Below are positions 32,743 through 34,682 of a stretch of 34,682 nt of DNA, piece by piece. This DNA is from a virus. A program made the position numbers and the translations under genes. Below the pieces are notes generated by a model, which saw nothing but the letters and a program-made list of their open reading frames with translations, was not told the DNA's origin and did not search any database. Numbering within the stretch: position 1 is the first letter of the stretch; each line of letters opens with the position of its first letter. The stretch lies in the UHGV virus genome UHGV-0105223; one strand, written 5' to 3'.

Positions 32743-33455
32743 AGTGTCCGCACTGCGGAAAGCCTTACGAGATAAAAACATTCACTGTTATGGGTGTCAC
32801 AAAAAACTTGAGCGTTTCTCAGTGCAATTGTATTGACGAAATAGCGGAAAAAGAAAGGCTAAAAAACGAGTTAGAGGAAAAAAAACGGATTCTTGAAAAA
32901 AAGTTCAAAAACTCAATGATGACTCCAGTTTTTAGAGAAAAAACTTTCTCAATGATTGATGATAGTCCGCAAAAAAGAAAATGCATTGAGTATGCAAAAA
33001 ACTTTAAACGACATCAATCTGTAGGCTTGAGTCTTATCGGTAAAGTCGGAACCGGTAAAACAACATTGCTTGCCTGCGTTTGTAATGAGCTTATGATAAA
33101 GGGCTATAACTGTTTGTTTACACAGGTTACAGATTTGTTAGACAAGTTTATTGCCGCAAGGCGTTCTAATGATGAAAGAGCAGAAGAAAAACTCACTAAC
33201 TGGCTGTTAGAGTTTGATTTTGTAGTATTGGATGACATCGGCAGAGAGAAGTACACAGAAACTAGACTTGAACTTGTTTTTAAAATCGTTGATAAACTTA
33301 TTTCTCATAAAATCCCGATTTCAATAACCGCCAACCCCGAAATGATAGCGAAGTTAAAGAAAATACCTGATTTTGAGGCAATATTAGACAGACTAAACGA
33401 AGCTTGTCAGCTTAAATTTGAATTTAACGGCGAAAGTTACAGAAGGGTGAGTTAA
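32730..33455 (+). CDS. DnaC/IstB-like AAA+ helicase loader
   Basis: N-terminal CPHCG...CNC, GKVGTGKT Walker A, VVLDDIGRE Walker B, ILDRL. Confidence 0.92.
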   Translation: MALMKCPHCGKPYEIKTFTVMGVTKNLSVSQCNCIDEIAEKERLKNELEEKKRILEKKFKNSMMTPVFREKTFSMIDDSPQKRKCIEYAKNFKRHQSVGLSLIGKVGTGKTTLLACVCNELMIKGYNCLFTQVTDLLDKFIAARRSNDERAEEKLTNWLLEFDFVVLDDIGREKYTETRLELVFKIVDKLISHKIPISITANPEMIAKLKKIPDFEAILDRLNEACQLKFEFNGESYRRVS

Positions 33456-33470
33456 AAAGGAGTATCGAAA

Positions 33471-33734
33471 ATGGAAGTTTACAAAACATACCGCCAGCTG
33501 CTGTTGGACTGGGTAAAAAATCACGTGTATTTTACGCACAAAGACATTGCACGGGTAACAAACTGCAATTGTCCTTACAGCGTACTCAGAGATTTAAAAA
33601 GAGTGGCCGTGGTAACTGAAGAATCTAAAACAAAAACACAAAAGCTTGTCGATTCAAAAGGCAACGTGGTAAACGTCACAAAACGCTACACAGAGTACAA
33701 GTTTGAGGGCTTAAAAAATGCCGTCAATGAATGA
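33471..33734 (+). CDS. Hypothetical protein, possible winged-helix DNA binder
   Basis: AAGGAG RBS; FTHKDIARVTNCNCPYSVLRDLKR. Confidence 0.65.
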   Translation: MEVYKTYRQLLLDWVKNHVYFTHKDIARVTNCNCPYSVLRDLKRVAVVTEESKTKTQKLVDSKGNVVNVTKRYTEYKFEGLKNAVNE

Positions 33735-34098
33735 AGACATTGAACGTTATCCGGTGTTTATGGTCAATTCAAACGGAATTTTAAAACAAATTGACATAAA
33801 ATCCACTGATGATTACAACCATTACGAGTTTGAACTGCACCACTTTATCCCGAAAAGCATACGAAAAAACAATCCCGAACTGTACGAAAGAATCGTACAC
33901 CTGCAAAAGCTTATACTTTTACCAAAAGACGTACATCACAGCATACACGCAGGTAAAGGCTACAGAGGTTTGGACAATTGGGAACTATTATTTAACAGAA
34001 AACAATGGAGAAGCGGAGTTTATGAAAACAGGACAGGCAATGACGCTATCAGCAGTTTATCTGTCAAAGCTGCTTGGGGTCACAATCAAGACAATTGA
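33718..34098 (+). CDS. HNH-like nuclease candidate
   Basis: ELHHFIPK...KLILLPKDVHHSIH. Confidence 0.55.
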   Translation: MPSMNEDIERYPVFMVNSNGILKQIDIKSTDDYNHYEFELHHFIPKSIRKNNPELYERIVHLQKLILLPKDVHHSIHAGKGYRGLDNWELLFNRKQWRSGVYENRTGNDAISSLSVKAAWGHNQDN

Positions 34099-34237
34099 TA
34101 TGTATATGTGTGGCTGGGGTTTTTCTCACGTTCAAACGATGTTCAAAAATGATGAAAAATATTATCAATTTTTGACCGAAAAAGACCTAATAGCATTAGA
34201 AAAACTTGCAAAAAGGAGACGGCGAAATGGAAGATGA
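34022..34237 (+). CDS. Small HTH-like protein (start re-called to ATG 34022)
   Basis: GCGGAG RBS; LSKLLGVTIKTIDMY helix-turn-helix pattern. Confidence 0.55.
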   Translation: MKTGQAMTLSAVYLSKLLGVTIKTIDMYMCGWGFSHVQTMFKNDEKYYQFLTEKDLIALEKLAKRRRRNGR

Positions 34238-34325
34238 AAAAGAATATAAACAGCTCATGAAAAAGCTAAAGAGCTGTGATTTAACCAATGTTGTTAATTT
34301 AAGAAAAGGTAAGACAAATGAGTAA
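34227..34325 (+). CDS. Small hypothetical peptide (32 aa)
   Basis: AAGGAG upstream; overlaps both neighbours. Confidence 0.45.
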   Translation: MEDEKEYKQLMKKLKSCDLTNVVNLRKGKTNE

Positions 34326-34682
34326 AAAGAAAATAACAGGATATAAAGCGTTCAATAAAGATTGGACTTGCAGAGGTTTCCAGTACGAAGTAGGTAAAAC
34401 TTATACAATGAAAGAAAAACCGGAATGTTGTAATCAGGGCTTTCATTTCTGTACAAATGTTGCGGATTGTTTTAAGCATTACGCTAATAACCCTGAACTT
34501 ACAAAAATAGCACTGGTCGAAGCACTTGGAGATATTGACAAAGAGGAAGAAGACAGCAAGTGCTGTACAAATAAAATTAAGATTGTGAAAGAAATCAGCT
34601 TTTCAGAAGCTTATGAACTGGGTAATCAGGGTAGAAGTAATACCGGTTTTTGGAACACAGGCGACTGGAACACAGGCGACGG
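34318..34682 (+). CDS. N-terminal part of the NTG-pentapeptide-repeat protein (continues at base 2); not in the ORF track
   Basis: MSKKKITGYKAFNKDWTCRGFQYEVGKTY...CCNQGFHFC...KCCTNKIKIVKEI...NTGFWNTGDWNTGD, open to the window end. Confidence 0.9.
   Translation, partial: MSKKKITGYKAFNKDWTCRGFQYEVGKTYTMKEKPECCNQGFHFCTNVADCFKHYANNPELTKIALVEALGDIDKEEEDSKCCTNKIKIVKEISFSEAYELGNQGRSNTGFWNTGDWNTGD

Noticed and set aside
510..34237. Alternative genetic code (stop-codon reassignment)
   Set aside because: Core genes are full length and densely packed under the standard code, and TAA, TAG and TGA all serve as stops.

Overview
The window is most likely a complete, circularly permuted ~34.7 kb siphovirus-type (long non-contractile tail) phage genome. 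Both ends break inside the same 15-bp coding repeat, so the first and last ORFs are one gene. The + strand carries an early/replication arm (29082 to the end, continuing 1-5069): an RHH regulator, a c4-like RNA, ERF, a YqaJ-type exonuclease, an initiator, a DnaC-like loader, a methyltransferase, an HNH-AP2 nuclease and many small ORFs. The - strand carries the late arm (~28432 to 6714): TerS, TerL, neck, tail, head, tail fibre and lysis. The arms meet at a tnpB-only IS200/IS605 element and a serine-recombinase remnant. Main observations: (1) TerL has a 309-aa intein in its Walker A motif, and a complete NUMOD4-HNH endonuclease with its own ribosome-binding site is nested inside the intein in the +1 frame. 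(2) The IS ends, TAM, guide and empty site can be reconstructed, and the insertion splits the recombinase from its expression signals. (3) Two ~340-bp single-gene inserts in the late operon are each bracketed by 42-44 bp duplications of gene-boundary sequence. (4) The portal-MuF-scaffold-capsid block lies downstream of the tail genes. (5) There is no CI-like repressor or intact integrase, but a c4-like antisense RNA with upstream complementary sites is present. All family calls come from motif recognition by eye; no database search was run.
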